64,000 nucleotides of DNA from an uncultured delta proteobacterium (GCA_963755905.1 CAVWLM010000006.1:538559-602558), one strand, 5' to 3'; counted from the stretch's first letter, positions 1 to 10,004 are shown. Program-made: numbers and translations. The notes: generated from the letters alone by a model not told the origin.

Positions 1-569
1 CGGCCAAGGTGCGGCCGGGCGCGAGCGTCGCAGTAATCGGCTGCGGCGGTGTGGGCCTCAACGTGATCCAGGGCGCGGCGTTGGCCGGAGCCCACGAGAT
101 CATCGCGATCGACCTGCTGCCGAACAAGCTGGAACTCGCCAAAGTGTTCGGCGCGACGCATTTCGTCAATCCGTCGCAGGACGACGCCTACAAGGCGGTA
201 ATGACGCTGACGCAGGGCCGCGGGGTGGATTATGCATTCGAGGTAATCAGCACGCCGAAAACGATCGAACTGGCGTTTCGGATGACCGGACGCGGCGGCA
301 CCTGCACCATCGTGGGAGTCTCTCCCGAAACCGCGCGTATTTCGCTCAACCCCAACGTCTTCACGATGATGGAGAAGCGTCTGGTCGGCTCCTTCTACGG
401 GTCGACCCGGCCACGAGTCGACATGCCGCTCCTGATCGACCTCTACATGGACAAAAAGATCAAAATCGACGAACTGGTCTCGCGCACCTTCCCGCTCGAA
501 GGCGTGAACGAGGCCTACGATCTGCTGCGCAAGGGCGAGGTCTCGCGGAGCGTAATCAAGTTCTTCTAG
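1..569 (+). CDS. Zn-dependent alcohol dehydrogenase (MDR family), C-terminal fragment; 5' end lies outside the window
   Basis: GxGxxG NAD-binding motif (VIGCGGVGLNVIQGA) and typical MDR C-terminus; the frame stays open upstream of the listed GTG at 9. Confidence 0.7.
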   Translation, partial: AKVRPGASVAVIGCGGVGLNVIQGAALAGAHEIIAIDLLPNKLELAKVFGATHFVNPSQDDAYKAVMTLTQGRGVDYAFEVISTPKTIELAFRMTGRGGTCTIVGVSPETARISLNPNVFTMMEKRLVGSFYGSTRPRVDMPLLIDLYMDKKIKIDELVSRTFPLEGVNEAYDLLRKGEVSRSVIKFF

Positions 570-614
570 ATTCCGCGTCAGCGGAGCGGTTCAACCAGCA
601 AAAGGAGTAATCGC

Positions 615-2129
615 ATGTCCGTTCAGATGCCGACCCGGGAGCAACTGCGCGCGGTGGCGCGGCAGTGTGGACTGTCGCTGGATGACGCCGGCGTGGATTC
701 GTTTCGCGCGCTGTTTACCACCTACGTGGACGCCTACAACACCGTCGCCGCGATGCCCGACGAGGTGCCGCGGGTCAAGTATCCGCGGACGCCGGGTTAT
801 CGGCCCGGTCCCGAGGAGAACAAGTACAATGCCTGGTACTTCAAATCGTCCGTCAAGGGTGCGAACGAGGGCAAGCTGAAGGGCAAAACGGTCGCGCTCA
901 AGGACAATATCATGCTCGCGGGCGTGCCGATGATGAATGGCGCAGCGACGATGGAAGGCTACGTGCCGGACTTCGACGCCACCCTCGTCACGCGGATCCT
1001 GGATGCCGGCGGAGAGATCGTCGGCAAGGCCCATTGCGAGTGTTTCTGCCTTTCCGGCGGAAGCCACACCAATGCCACCGGCGCGGTGCACAATCCGCGC
1101 AAGATGGGCTACTCGGCGGGCGGCTCTTCCTCCGGCAGCGCGGCCCTGGTGGCGGCAGGCGAGGTCGACATGGCGATCGGGGGCGACCAGGGCGGCTCGA
1201 TTCGCATGCCGTCGTCATTTTGTGGCGTGTACGGCATGAAGCCCACCTGGGGGCTCGTTCCTTACACCGGGATCATGCCGATCGAGATCTTCGTCGACCA
1301 TACCGGCCCGATGACCGGCAACGTCGCCGACAATGCGTTGCTGCTGGAGGTCATCGCGGGCGACGACGGCTACGATCCCCGGATCAAGGCGCCGCAGGTG
1401 CATCCTTACTCGCAGGCGCTGGGCCGCGGCGCGAAGGACTTGAAGATCGCGATCGTCAAGGAAGGCTTCGGCCATCACAATTCCGAACGCGCGGTCGACG
1501 AAAAAGTCCGCGCCGCCGCGAATCGCCTGGGCACGCTGGGCGCGCACGTCGAGGAAGTTTCGATTCCGATGCATCTCGCGGGCGCCGCGATTTGGACGCC
1601 GATCGGTATCGAGGGCCTCACGCAAACCATGATGTACGGCGACGGCTTCGGGGTGAGCCGCGACGATCTTTATTCGACCTCGATGATGGACTTTCATCGC
1701 GGATGGCGCCAGCGAAGCAACGAAATGTCGGAAACGACCAAGCTCTTCCTGATGCTCGGCACCTACGTGCGCGAGAACTACGGCTCGCGCTACTACGGCA
1801 AGGCGATAAATATCGTGCGCCGGCTGCGCGCGGCCTATGACGAGGTGCTCAAGAAGTACGACCTGCTGCTGATGCCGACCACGCCGATGAAAGCGACGCC
1901 GTTGCCGCAGCCGAACGCCAGCCGGGAGGAATACGTCACGCGGGCGCTCGAGATGATCGCCAATACCGCGCCCTTCGACCTGACCCATCATCCGTCGATG
2001 TCGATCCCGTGCGGAATGATCGACGGTCTGCCGGCCGGACTGATGCTGACCGGCAGGCACTTCGACGAGCCGACGATCTATCGCGCGGCGGAGGCCTTCG
2101 AACAGTCGGCCGACTGGAAAAAGCTGTAG
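615..2129 (+). CDS. Amidase (amidase-signature family)
   Basis: AS signature GGSSSGSAALVAAG...GGDQGGSIRMPSSFCGVYGMKPTWG; 504 aa. Confidence 0.85.
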   Translation: MSVQMPTREQLRAVARQCGLSLDDAGVDSFRALFTTYVDAYNTVAAMPDEVPRVKYPRTPGYRPGPEENKYNAWYFKSSVKGANEGKLKGKTVALKDNIMLAGVPMMNGAATMEGYVPDFDATLVTRILDAGGEIVGKAHCECFCLSGGSHTNATGAVHNPRKMGYSAGGSSSGSAALVAAGEVDMAIGGDQGGSIRMPSSFCGVYGMKPTWGLVPYTGIMPIEIFVDHTGPMTGNVADNALLLEVIAGDDGYDPRIKAPQVHPYSQALGRGAKDLKIAIVKEGFGHHNSERAVDEKVRAAANRLGTLGAHVEEVSIPMHLAGAAIWTPIGIEGLTQTMMYGDGFGVSRDDLYSTSMMDFHRGWRQRSNEMSETTKLFLMLGTYVRENYGSRYYGKAINIVRRLRAAYDEVLKKYDLLLMPTTPMKATPLPQPNASREEYVTRALEMIANTAPFDLTHHPSMSIPCGMIDGLPAGLMLTGRHFDEPTIYRAAEAFEQSADWKKL

Positions 2130-2203
2130 CCCCGACCCTCCGCGAAGGCGGGCCGGCCTCGATTCGTGGCCGGCCCGTTCGACGCCAAAGGAGCGGCGGC
2201 AGC

Positions 2204-2503
2204 TCATTCCTGAAAGATGTTGATCTCCAGCGCCGTGTACGCCTGATCGCGCAACGGCAACACCTTGCGATAGTCCGGATCGTTATACCAGCCGTCGGCC
2301 GCTGCTTTGTCCGCGAACCGCAGCACGATCGCGACCTGGTAGTTGCCCGTGCCGTGAAGGCTTCCAAGGCCGCTGCCGCGCGCCACCACTTCGCCGCCAT
2401 GCTTTGCGATCACGGTGCGGGCGGCCTGCTGGTACTCGGCCAATATTTCCTTGCGATCGGGATTCGGAGTCCCCTGAACCAGAACGATCACGCTCATAGA
2501 CAT
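2204..2503 (-). CDS. DUF1330-like small protein
   Basis: 99-aa ORF with good coding character; resembles the DUF1330 family; diverges from the ridA gene. Confidence 0.55.
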   Translation of the reverse strand: MSMSVIVLVQGTPNPDRKEILAEYQQAARTVIAKHGGEVVARGSGLGSLHGTGNYQVAIVLRFADKAAADGWYNDPDYRKVLPLRDQAYTALEINIFQE

Positions 2504-2743
2504 TTGTCTCCTCGGGATTTGGACCAGAGGCTACTGCATCGCCGGGACTTTTGCACCTTCGATTTATATTTTCAGGCAAATTTTCAGAAGCCGCGGCAAC
2601 GCGAATCGTCGTGCCTCCCCGCATATAAACGGAAATCCCGTTACCTCCGAAGTATTTGGCGCTCGCGGGTTGCACGCTCAGGCCGTAGCGTTAGGATATC
2701 GGCCTGCAGGATCGCCGGCGAAACGCATTCGAGGAGATTGATC

Positions 2744-3136
2744 ATGAGCAAGCGCACGAACGTCGTTCCGAAAGAAATGGAAGTGATCAAGCAGCGCTTT
2801 CACTACAATCCCGGAGTGAAGGCGGGCAATCTGCTCTTCATCGCCGGACAGGTGGGACGCGACGAGCACCTCAACGTGGTCGAGGGCAAAGAGGCGCAAT
2901 TCGTCCAGGCCTTCGAAAACCTGAAGAAGGTGCTGACCGCGGCCGGCGTCACTTTTGACGACGTGGTCGATATGGTGACTTACCATACCGACATGCGCGA
3001 CCTTCAACTCTTCATCACCGTCAAGGATCGCTACTACACCGGCGAGTATCCGGCGTGGACCGGAATCGGTGTCACCGCGCTGGCGATGCCTGGCCTGATG
3101 GTCGAAATCAAATGCGTGGCGCTGCTCAAGGAATAG
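2744..3136 (+). CDS. ridA: RidA/YjgF/TdcF family reactive-intermediate deaminase
   Basis: ATG at 2744 lies in frame within track ORF 2009..3136; sequence ...FIAGQVG...PAWTGIGVTAL...EIKCVA is typical RidA. Confidence 0.8.
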   Translation: MSKRTNVVPKEMEVIKQRFHYNPGVKAGNLLFIAGQVGRDEHLNVVEGKEAQFVQAFENLKKVLTAAGVTFDDVVDMVTYHTDMRDLQLFITVKDRYYTGEYPAWTGIGVTALAMPGLMVEIKCVALLKE

Positions 3137-3259
3137 AGAAGGGGGCTTTGCGTAACGAGGAGAGGTAGTAAAAGTGCACGCCGGCGAAATAGGTAGCAGC
3201 AAGCGGAGAACTCACTCGCGGGCAACCTCCCGATTCGAGGGAGTGGTGCGATATTACCT

Positions 3260-4237
3260 TCAAGGGCGCACGTACGGCTCGCCCAGCGCGCTTGGCGCGT
3301 CGGCCTGACCGCCAAAGACCGCCAGTACCACCAGCGTCAACACGTAGGGCAACGCGAGGAACACCTGGTACGGCACCGCCGTGCCGAGCGCCTGCAAACC
3401 GTACTGCAATGCCATCGCGGCGCCGAACAGCACCGAGGCCGCGGCGCATCCCCACGCCTTCCAGCGTCCGAGAATCACCACCGCCAGCGCGACGAAGCCG
3501 CGACCGGCCGACATTCCCTCGACGAAGGTGCCCGCATAGGCAAGAGTCAGGAACGCGCCGCTCAATCCCGTCAGCACGCCCGCGGCCAGGAGCGCCTCCC
3601 ATCTCAGCCGATATACTCCAAGTCCCAACGCGTCGGCCGCCTCGGGCCGTTCGCCGGCCGCGCGCAGGCGTAGCCCATAGCGCGTGCGCGAGAGCATCAG
3701 CGCGAGCAGCGGCAATATCGCGAATGCCAGGTATACGAGCGCGTTCTGGTCGAAGAGCGCCCGTCCGACGATCGGGATACGCGCAAGCGGTCCCAGAGCC
3801 ACCGTGCCGAATTGCCTGACTACGAAGGCGCTCCCGGTCACGCCGAACATCTGGCGGTAGAAAACGCCGGTCAACCCGAGCGCGAGGATGTCGAGCGCGG
3901 TGCCTGCTACGACCTGGTTCACCGCGAGGTTGACGACCAACAGCGCGAGCAGCGCGTTGAGCGCGACGGCCGCCCCGACTCCGGCCAGCAATCCGAGCGC
4001 GAGACTGCCGCTGAAGTAGGCTGCCGCCAGCGCAAAAAACGCCCCGGCCAGCATCGAGCCCTCGATACCGATATTGATTACGCCGCTTTGCTCGACCCAA
4101 AGCTCGCCGAGCGCCGCGAGCAGAATTGGCGTCGCCATCGCGACCGTCGAAGCCAGGAACGCCTCAAGCATCGCCACCGCTCCCGGCTGGCGCGCCGGCT
4201 TCCGGAGCCCCCGCGGGCGCCGTGGGATCGCCGCCAA
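3260..4237 (-). CDS. ABC transporter permease (simple-sugar/nucleoside type, YufQ-like)
   Basis: Polytopic hydrophobic protein with the permease signature region; overlaps the upstream permease by about 70 nt. Confidence 0.7.
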   Translation of the reverse strand: MAAIPRRPRGLRKPARQPGAVAMLEAFLASTVAMATPILLAALGELWVEQSGVINIGIEGSMLAGAFFALAAAYFSGSLALGLLAGVGAAVALNALLALLVVNLAVNQVVAGTALDILALGLTGVFYRQMFGVTGSAFVVRQFGTVALGPLARIPIVGRALFDQNALVYLAFAILPLLALMLSRTRYGLRLRAAGERPEAADALGLGVYRLRWEALLAAGVLTGLSGAFLTLAYAGTFVEGMSAGRGFVALAVVILGRWKAWGCAAASVLFGAAMALQYGLQALGTAVPYQVFLALPYVLTLVVLAVFGGQADAPSALGEPYVRP

Positions 4238-5258
4238 GCCATAGCGCGCCGCTCAGTCCCGCCCATGCCCTGGTGTCGAAAGCGAGCAGCACCAGGATCA
4301 CCATCCCCTGGATCACCTGCACCAGCTCCGGCGATACGCCCTGGCCGCGTTGCATCGCCTGCGAGCCGTTGTCGAGCGCGCCGAACAGCAGCGCCGTCAG
4401 CAACACGCCGAGCGGGTTGAGCCGCGCGACCAACGCTACCGCGATCGCCTCGTAACCCCATCCCGGCGAGAAGCTCTCGTATAGCCGATGGGTGATCGCC
4501 GAAACCTGGACCGCCCCGCCTAGGCCGGCCAATGCGCCGCTGAGCGCCATCGTGGCGATACCGATTCGCGCGACCGGGATGCCGAAGAAGGCCGCGACGC
4601 GCCGGTTGCGGCCCATCGCCCGTAACTCGAAACCGCTCCGGCTGTGGAAGAGCCATAGCCACGACGCTAACGCCAGCGCAGCCGCGAGAATCATCCCGGC
4701 GTTGAGCCGGCTCGGCGGCGCGAACATCCATAGCTCGGCGGCGCGCGCGATAGGCGCGCTCTTGGGATAGGAGCGCGAGGGCTCGATCAGCGGGCCGTGC
4801 ACGGCGTAGCTCAGGACTTGCACCGCGACGAAGTTCAGCATGATGGTGCTGATGACCTCGCTGACCGCGCGCCGCTCTCGAAGCCATCCGCACGCCGCGC
4901 TCCAGATAGCGCCGCCCGCCGCGCCGGCGAGGAGCACCAGCCCTGTCGCCAACGGCCGGGGCCATCCGCCAAGCGCGATTCCGAGGGCGCCCGCGGCCAG
5001 CGCGCCTATCAGCAACTGGCCCTCGGCGCCGATATTCCATAGTGCCCCACGAAACGCGATCGACACGGCGAGCCCGGTGAAAACCAACGGCGTGGTTTTG
5101 ACCAGCGTATCGGTGGTGGCAAGCCAGTTGCCAAACGCGCCCTGCCATAGCGCGGCGAAGACGGCGAGCGGCGCGGCGCCCAGCGCGAACAGGATGAGCG
5201 CGATGAAGGCGGCCGAGAGTACGAGCGCCGCAAGAGGCTTGCCGAGCCAGGCGAGCAT
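4164..5258 (-). CDS. ABC transporter permease (YufP-like)
   Basis: 364-aa multi-TM protein paired with the downstream permease. Confidence 0.7.
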   Translation of the reverse strand: MLAWLGKPLAALVLSAAFIALILFALGAAPLAVFAALWQGAFGNWLATTDTLVKTTPLVFTGLAVSIAFRGALWNIGAEGQLLIGALAAGALGIALGGWPRPLATGLVLLAGAAGGAIWSAACGWLRERRAVSEVISTIMLNFVAVQVLSYAVHGPLIEPSRSYPKSAPIARAAELWMFAPPSRLNAGMILAAALALASWLWLFHSRSGFELRAMGRNRRVAAFFGIPVARIGIATMALSGALAGLGGAVQVSAITHRLYESFSPGWGYEAIAVALVARLNPLGVLLTALLFGALDNGSQAMQRGQGVSPELVQVIQGMVILVLLAFDTRAWAGLSGALWLGGDPTAPAGAPEAGAPAGSGGDA

Positions 5259-5426
5259 TACGGCGCGACGTTAGCCGGATCGCGTGATTTCACCAAGGGA
5301 CCCTTGAAATTCTGAAATCGAGGATCGAGGAGGAAGGGTACTACATCTCGAAATACGTGACGACGTTGACGTGGCGCGCGCCGCCGCGATGCGCAAGGAG
5401 GACTGTCGGGACCCGGGTGATGTGAG

Positions 5427-5500
5427 TGGCGACGGTAGGAGTCGAACCTACGACACTGCGGATATGAGCCGCATGCTCTAACCAACTGAGCTACGTCGCC
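5427..5500 (-). tRNA. tRNA-Met (anticodon CAT), elongator-type or tRNA-Ile2 lysidine type
   Basis: Cloverleaf read by eye: 7-bp acceptor stem, D-arm AGCTCAGTTGGTTAGAGC, anticodon loop CTCATAT, T-arm GGTTCGA; base 1-72 is a G-C pair (not initiator); CCA is not encoded. Confidence 0.8.
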
Positions 5501-5587
5501 ACCGAACCGTCAACATTAGCCGGAGTGGCGCGAGCTTAAAAGAGCAGCTCAAACCCGAAAGGGCCTCGGTTTTTATTGGGACGAGCC

Positions 5588-6319
5588 TCAACTCAGGGAT
5601 ATGGCGCTGGTCTTAGCCTGCCGGCCGCGACGGGCTACCTGGTAGATCACGCCCTCGGTAAGTTCGACGCAGCTAAGCTTGCCGCCATAGACCAGCCCGG
5701 TGTCGATGCCCAGTTTGTACGGCAGATCGACCATCACTGCCCGCATCGGAGTGTGGCCAAAGATCACGGTTGAGCCGAGCTTATGCGGGCTGAAAATAAA
5801 TTCCTGTCGAATCCAGAGCATGTCCTCGACGCGCTGCTCCTCCAACTCGAGCGCCGGCACCACCCCGGCGTGGACGAAAAGGTACGGCGGACGCAAATAG
5901 CTGGTGGCCAGCCGTTTGACGAAGTCGAGATGCGGGTCGGGAATATGGCAGCGCGCCTCCGGCAGTTCGCGCTCGGTCACCCCATAGCTTTCGAGCGTGG
6001 CGGAGCCGCCATTGAACAGAAACGAATCGCCGTAGTTTCCAGGTAAGCCGAGAAACGAGCACATCATGTCTTCGTGGTTGCCCTTCAGGAAGACAAACTC
6101 GGCGCCGCCCTGGCGTTCGCGGTCGAGCAGCAGTTCGATCACGTCATGCGCCGACGGTCCGCGGTCGACGTAGTCGCCGACAAACACCACCGTGTCGCCG
6201 CGCACGGGCTTGATGGCGTTGAGGATGACGCCCAGCTCGTCGGGGCATCCGTGGATGTCGCCGATTGCGAACAGGCGGCCCGTTGCCGGGGGCTGAGGTA
6301 ACTTGTTTCGTGCCATCAA
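5588..6319 (-). CDS. Metallophosphoesterase / PPP-family Ser/Thr phosphatase (ApaH-like)
   Basis: GDIHG...GDYVDRG...GNHE motifs. Confidence 0.8.
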   Translation of the reverse strand: MMARNKLPQPPATGRLFAIGDIHGCPDELGVILNAIKPVRGDTVVFVGDYVDRGPSAHDVIELLLDRERQGGAEFVFLKGNHEDMMCSFLGLPGNYGDSFLFNGGSATLESYGVTERELPEARCHIPDPHLDFVKRLATSYLRPPYLFVHAGVVPALELEEQRVEDMLWIRQEFIFSPHKLGSTVIFGHTPMRAVMVDLPYKLGIDTGLVYGGKLSCVELTEGVIYQVARRGRQAKTSAISLS

Positions 6320-6351
6320 TACGAGTCCGTTTGACCGAATGCCGCTGTCGG

Positions 6352-7341
6352 CTAGTCGCGTCCGGCCGATCCCTCCGCGAGCAATTCGCCAAGCGCTTTG
6401 CGATCTTCGATCACGCGGCGCGCCGCGGTGTACGGATTGAGGCTTCCGGCGCGGACTTCGCCTACGACAACGTCCGCGCCGCCGTTGCGGACCGCGCGTG
6501 CGGCGCGCTCTTCCATCTCGGCGGTCAGCACCTCGACGAATTCACGCGTGCGCCGCTCGCGCTCACGCTCGGGAGTGCGATGGGCCGCGACGTACTCGGC
6601 ATGGCGCGCGATAGCCGCCACCAGCGCGTCGACGCCCTGGTCAGCCGCCGCCTGGGTCAGCAACACCGGCGGCAGCCATCCGGCATCCTGGCGGCTCAGA
6701 TGCACGCTCAGCTCGAGCTCGGCCTTGACCCGGTCGGCGCCCTCGCGGTCAGCCTTGTTGACCACAAACAGGTCGGCGATTTCATTCAGTCCGGCCTTCA
6801 TCACCTGCACGCCGTCGCCGCCCTCGGGCACCGTGACCACGACGGTGGTATCGGCAAGATCCATCACGGCGAGTTCGGTCTGGCCGACGCCAACGGTCTC
6901 GATGATGATGATATCGAAGCCGAAAGCGTCGAATACCTTTACGACCTCGCGCGCGGCCCGGCTCAGGCCGCCATGGCTGCCGCGGCTGGACAGGCTGCGG
7001 ATGTATACGCCGGCGTCGCGGTAGTGGTCCGTCATGCGTACGCGATCGCCGAGCACCGCACCGCCGGAAAAAGGGCTCGAGGGATCGATCGCGAGCACGC
7101 CGACCTGCTTTTGCAACGCGCGATACTTGGCGATTAGCCGATTGACCAGGGTCGACTTGCCCGCTCCCGGCGCGCCGGTTATGCCGATGACGTAGGCATG
7201 GCCGAGACGCGGATAGATGCGCTCCATCACGGTGTTGACGACGGGGGCGCGATTCTCGACCAGCGTTATAAGACGGGCCAAGGCCAGCCGATCACGAGCC
7301 GCGAAGCGCTCGAGCAGTGAGTTCAGACGCGCGTTATCCAC
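6352..7341 (-). CDS. meaB: Methylmalonyl-CoA mutase-associated GTPase MeaB/ArgK
   Basis: P-loop GITGAPGAGKST, G3 motif ETVGVGQ, NKAD motif. Confidence 0.85.
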   Translation of the reverse strand: MDNARLNSLLERFAARDRLALARLITLVENRAPVVNTVMERIYPRLGHAYVIGITGAPGAGKSTLVNRLIAKYRALQKQVGVLAIDPSSPFSGGAVLGDRVRMTDHYRDAGVYIRSLSSRGSHGGLSRAAREVVKVFDAFGFDIIIIETVGVGQTELAVMDLADTTVVVTVPEGGDGVQVMKAGLNEIADLFVVNKADREGADRVKAELELSVHLSRQDAGWLPPVLLTQAAADQGVDALVAAIARHAEYVAAHRTPERERERRTREFVEVLTAEMEERAARAVRNGGADVVVGEVRAGSLNPYTAARRVIEDRKALGELLAEGSAGRD

Positions 7342-7482
7342 CTGGATCGAAGGGTATCCTGTTTCGACTATCGATGATAACCGCTGGGACCGGACGGGCG
7401 CAATTCAAAAACAACCCGCGGCGGCCGCGCGAGTTCGTTCGCGGAATTCCGGCCTGGTTGTCTTCACGCGGTCAGCCGCATA

Positions 7483-7914
7483 TTGTTCAGCGAAATACTA
7501 ATGAAACTGCCCGATGTTTACGGCGACTGGCGAATCGTGGCCGGCTTGGCGCTGATCGTGCTCGGCGCGGTCAACTGGGAGATCGGCCGCGCGCGTACCG
7601 AGGAATACAGCCGCGTCGTCGTCGGCCATGCGGATCTCGCGGCCGACGAAGCCTATCGCAGCTTCGACGAGCTCGACGCGCGCACCGACCGCGCGGTATT
7701 GGCGCCATTCACCAACGCCCAGCGGCAGGTTTCCTACGCGACCGCGCGGATGGACTTCTACCATGCAACGTTTCTCACCGGGCAGGCGCTGGTGCTGGCC
7801 GGCGTGGTGCTAACGCTGGGCGGCTTCATAGTGATAATCCAGCGCGATAACCGCCGCGTACATCGCAGAGTCCGCACAGCTCCAAGTGGCAATGCGCCCC
7901 CGCCTGCGGGCTAG
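7483..7914 (+). CDS. Hypothetical membrane protein
   Basis: 143-aa ORF with two predicted TM segments; no recognisable family. Confidence 0.35.
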   Translation: MFSEILMKLPDVYGDWRIVAGLALIVLGAVNWEIGRARTEEYSRVVVGHADLAADEAYRSFDELDARTDRAVLAPFTNAQRQVSYATARMDFYHATFLTGQALVLAGVVLTLGGFIVIIQRDNRRVHRRVRTAPSGNAPPPAG

Positions 7915-7968
7915 CGATTTAATGGCCGCGCACGGGCTTTGGATTCTCGACGATTTTAGGAATGCACG

Positions 7969-8883
7969 ATGGTCAAGCTGCTCGCGGAGCCGGCGCCGGC
8001 CAAGATAAATCTCTTCCTCCGCGTCGTGGGACGGCGCGCCGACGGCTATCACGAACTCGATTCGGTGTTCATCCCGGTCTCGCTGTACGACCAGGTCCGG
8101 GTGGAAATCCGCGTGGAGCCTGGTAGCGCATCCGATACCGTGATCGCCCTGTTGTGCGATCGGGACGATATTCCCGCGGGCGACAAAAATCTCGCATGGC
8201 GCGCCGCCGACGCGTTCCTGCGCGAGTTCGGCGCGACGATCCATCGGCCACGCCACGTCGGGATCCACCTGCGCAAGGAAATCCCAATGGGGGCGGGACT
8301 GGGCGGCGGGTCGAGCGACGCCGGCACGGTCTTACGCATGATGGCCGCGCTATGCCGGGTCGACGACGCGCCGCGGCTTGCCCGAGTCGCGCTCGAACTC
8401 GGCGCCGACGTCCCGTTTTTTCTAAGCCCGCGTGTCGCGCACGTCAGCGGCGTGGGCGAGCATATCGCGCCGCTTGAAGGTACGGCGCCGGGTGAGCGGA
8501 CGCGGCTTTCGCAGGTCCCCTTATGGATGGTAATCGCGGTGCCGCCCGTCGAAGTGTCGACGGCGGAGATTTTTCGCGCCCTTTCGCCCGAACAATGGAG
8601 CGGCGCCGCGCCGATCGAGCATCTGCACGCGATCGCCTCAGGCCGGATAACGCCGTCCATGCTGCAGAACGACCTGGCGGCGGCAGCGATGGCGCGATAT
8701 CCGGAAATCGCGGAGCTTCAGTCGGCGCTGGTCGCGGCCGGAGCAGCGGGTGCCTCGATGTCGGGTAGCGGCGGCGCCGTCTTCGGAATCTTCCCTGACG
8801 CCGCGGCGGCCGCGGAAGGCGCCGCCAAAGCACGCCAGCGTGCCCCCCAAGCGCGATATTACATCGCTAATTCACTTTCTTAA
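7969..8883 (+). CDS. ispE: 4-diphosphocytidyl-2-C-methyl-D-erythritol kinase
   Basis: GHMP kinase motif PMGAGLGGGSSDAG; N-terminus APAKINLFLRV. Confidence 0.85.
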   Translation: MVKLLAEPAPAKINLFLRVVGRRADGYHELDSVFIPVSLYDQVRVEIRVEPGSASDTVIALLCDRDDIPAGDKNLAWRAADAFLREFGATIHRPRHVGIHLRKEIPMGAGLGGGSSDAGTVLRMMAALCRVDDAPRLARVALELGADVPFFLSPRVAHVSGVGEHIAPLEGTAPGERTRLSQVPLWMVIAVPPVEVSTAEIFRALSPEQWSGAAPIEHLHAIASGRITPSMLQNDLAAAAMARYPEIAELQSALVAAGAAGASMSGSGGAVFGIFPDAAAAAEGAAKARQRAPQARYYIANSLS

Positions 8884-8911
8884 GTCGAGTCAAAAGGGTC
8901 GCCTCGATCGT

Positions 8912-9118
8912 TTACGGCTCCACGTATTCGCAGACCGCCGATGGTCGAGGAATAGGCGCACCATCCTGGCGCAGACCCTCGAGATGGAGCCGAATGGCTT
9001 CCTTGATTTCGTGTTCGACTTCCGCAATCGTCGCGCCCGTTGCGACGCATCCGGGCAGGTCCGGTACATAAGCAGAATAGTTGCTGTCGGCCTTTTCGAT
9101 TACGACTGCGTAGCGCAT
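8912..9118 (-). CDS. hicB: HicB-family antitoxin (UPF0150/YcfA partner)
   Basis: 68-aa protein with YSAYVPDLPGCVATGATIAEV motif; lies 1 nt downstream of hicA. Confidence 0.7.
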   Translation of the reverse strand: MRYAVVIEKADSNYSAYVPDLPGCVATGATIAEVEHEIKEAIRLHLEGLRQDGAPIPRPSAVCEYVEP

Positions 9119-9119
9119 C

Positions 9120-9314
9120 CTATTGTCCTCGCTTGAGTTGGGCCTGCTTGAGGATACTGTTCAACGTTCCTGGTGCAAGGTCGTCGGACGGCTTGCCTGG
9201 CACGGTGACCCGCCCCGGCTTCGTAGGGTGCTTGGACTGACGATGGCTGCCGCTCGTTCCGACGAGGTACCACCCATCCAAATCAAGCATAGCAAGAACG
9301 TCACGTATCTTCAT
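9120..9314 (-). CDS. hicA: HicA-family mRNA-interferase toxin
   Basis: 64-aa protein; LDGWYLVGTSGSHRQSKHP...VPGKP motif typical of HicA. Confidence 0.75.
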   Translation of the reverse strand: MKIRDVLAMLDLDGWYLVGTSGSHRQSKHPTKPGRVTVPGKPSDDLAPGTLNSILKQAQLKRGQ

Positions 9315-9819
9315 TTAATCCAACCGAGTTCCGCGAACGCCGTTCCCTCAAGGTACAGAGGAGAATTTCCCCGTCCACGATATTACGTCGTAAATTCGCT
9401 TCCTTAACCGCGCGAGACAGACGCCGCGCCTCATTGATCCTGCCAAAATTAGCCTATGGGGCGACCGGTTTGTGGAAGTTAGTCGAGGGCCGCGATTGAC
9501 AGTGAAAAACTCCATCAATTAACATCCTCGTCACACGCCGCAGCGCGCCGCCCGCTGCGGCAAATGATTTAGGCCGAATCCGTTGGCAATAGTTTCGTGT
9601 CACAGCTCCATCACGTCACATCTTCCATCGGATGACCGGGCGGCACGGGGCGGCCATACGGGGCGGACGGTCCCGAGCGGCGACGTCCTATGCCACGGGC
9701 TTGTGATATGCTCTATCGCCCTTCGATAGGGTCGGGATAATCAGCGCGGCAGGAGCCCCTCGGCGGCGTACTCGCGCACATTGGCCTGCGGGAGCGGATG
9801 GAAGGGACGCGGCCCGTGT

Positions 9820-9895
9820 TGGGCGGTCGCCAAGCTGGTAAGGCACCAGGCTTTGGACCTGGCATTCGAAGGTTCGAATCCTTCCCGCCCAGCCA
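9820..9895 (+). tRNA. tRNA-Gln (anticodon TTG)
   Basis: TGGGCGGTCGCCAAGCTGGTAAGGCACCAGGCTTTGGACCTGG...GGTTCGAATCC...CCGCCCAGCCA; anticodon loop CTTTGGA; CCA is encoded; very similar to E. coli tRNA-Gln. Confidence 0.85.
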
Positions 9896-10004
9896 TCAAT
9901 TCTGATTTGGCCTGGCCGCCTGGATGAGTCCGGGCAGGGCGGGCGTGGAGACCGAGACATGATGCGCGAAGAGCTGCGATTTTGGCTAGGCCGGAGGGGC
10001 CGCG

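Noticed and set aside
591-2207. Minus-strand ORFs 591..1091, 988..1218 and 1215..2207, and plus-strand ORFs 937..1239 and 1034..1840, all overlapping the amidase gene
   Set aside because: Arg/Pro/Gly-rich shadow ORFs, typical of the antisense or off-frame of high-GC coding DNA; the amidase frame carries the family signature
5540-5585. Hairpin plus TTTTT on the plus strand (CCGAAAGGGCCTCGGTTTTTA)
   Set aside because: Short 4-bp stem; no upstream plus-strand gene to terminate; weak
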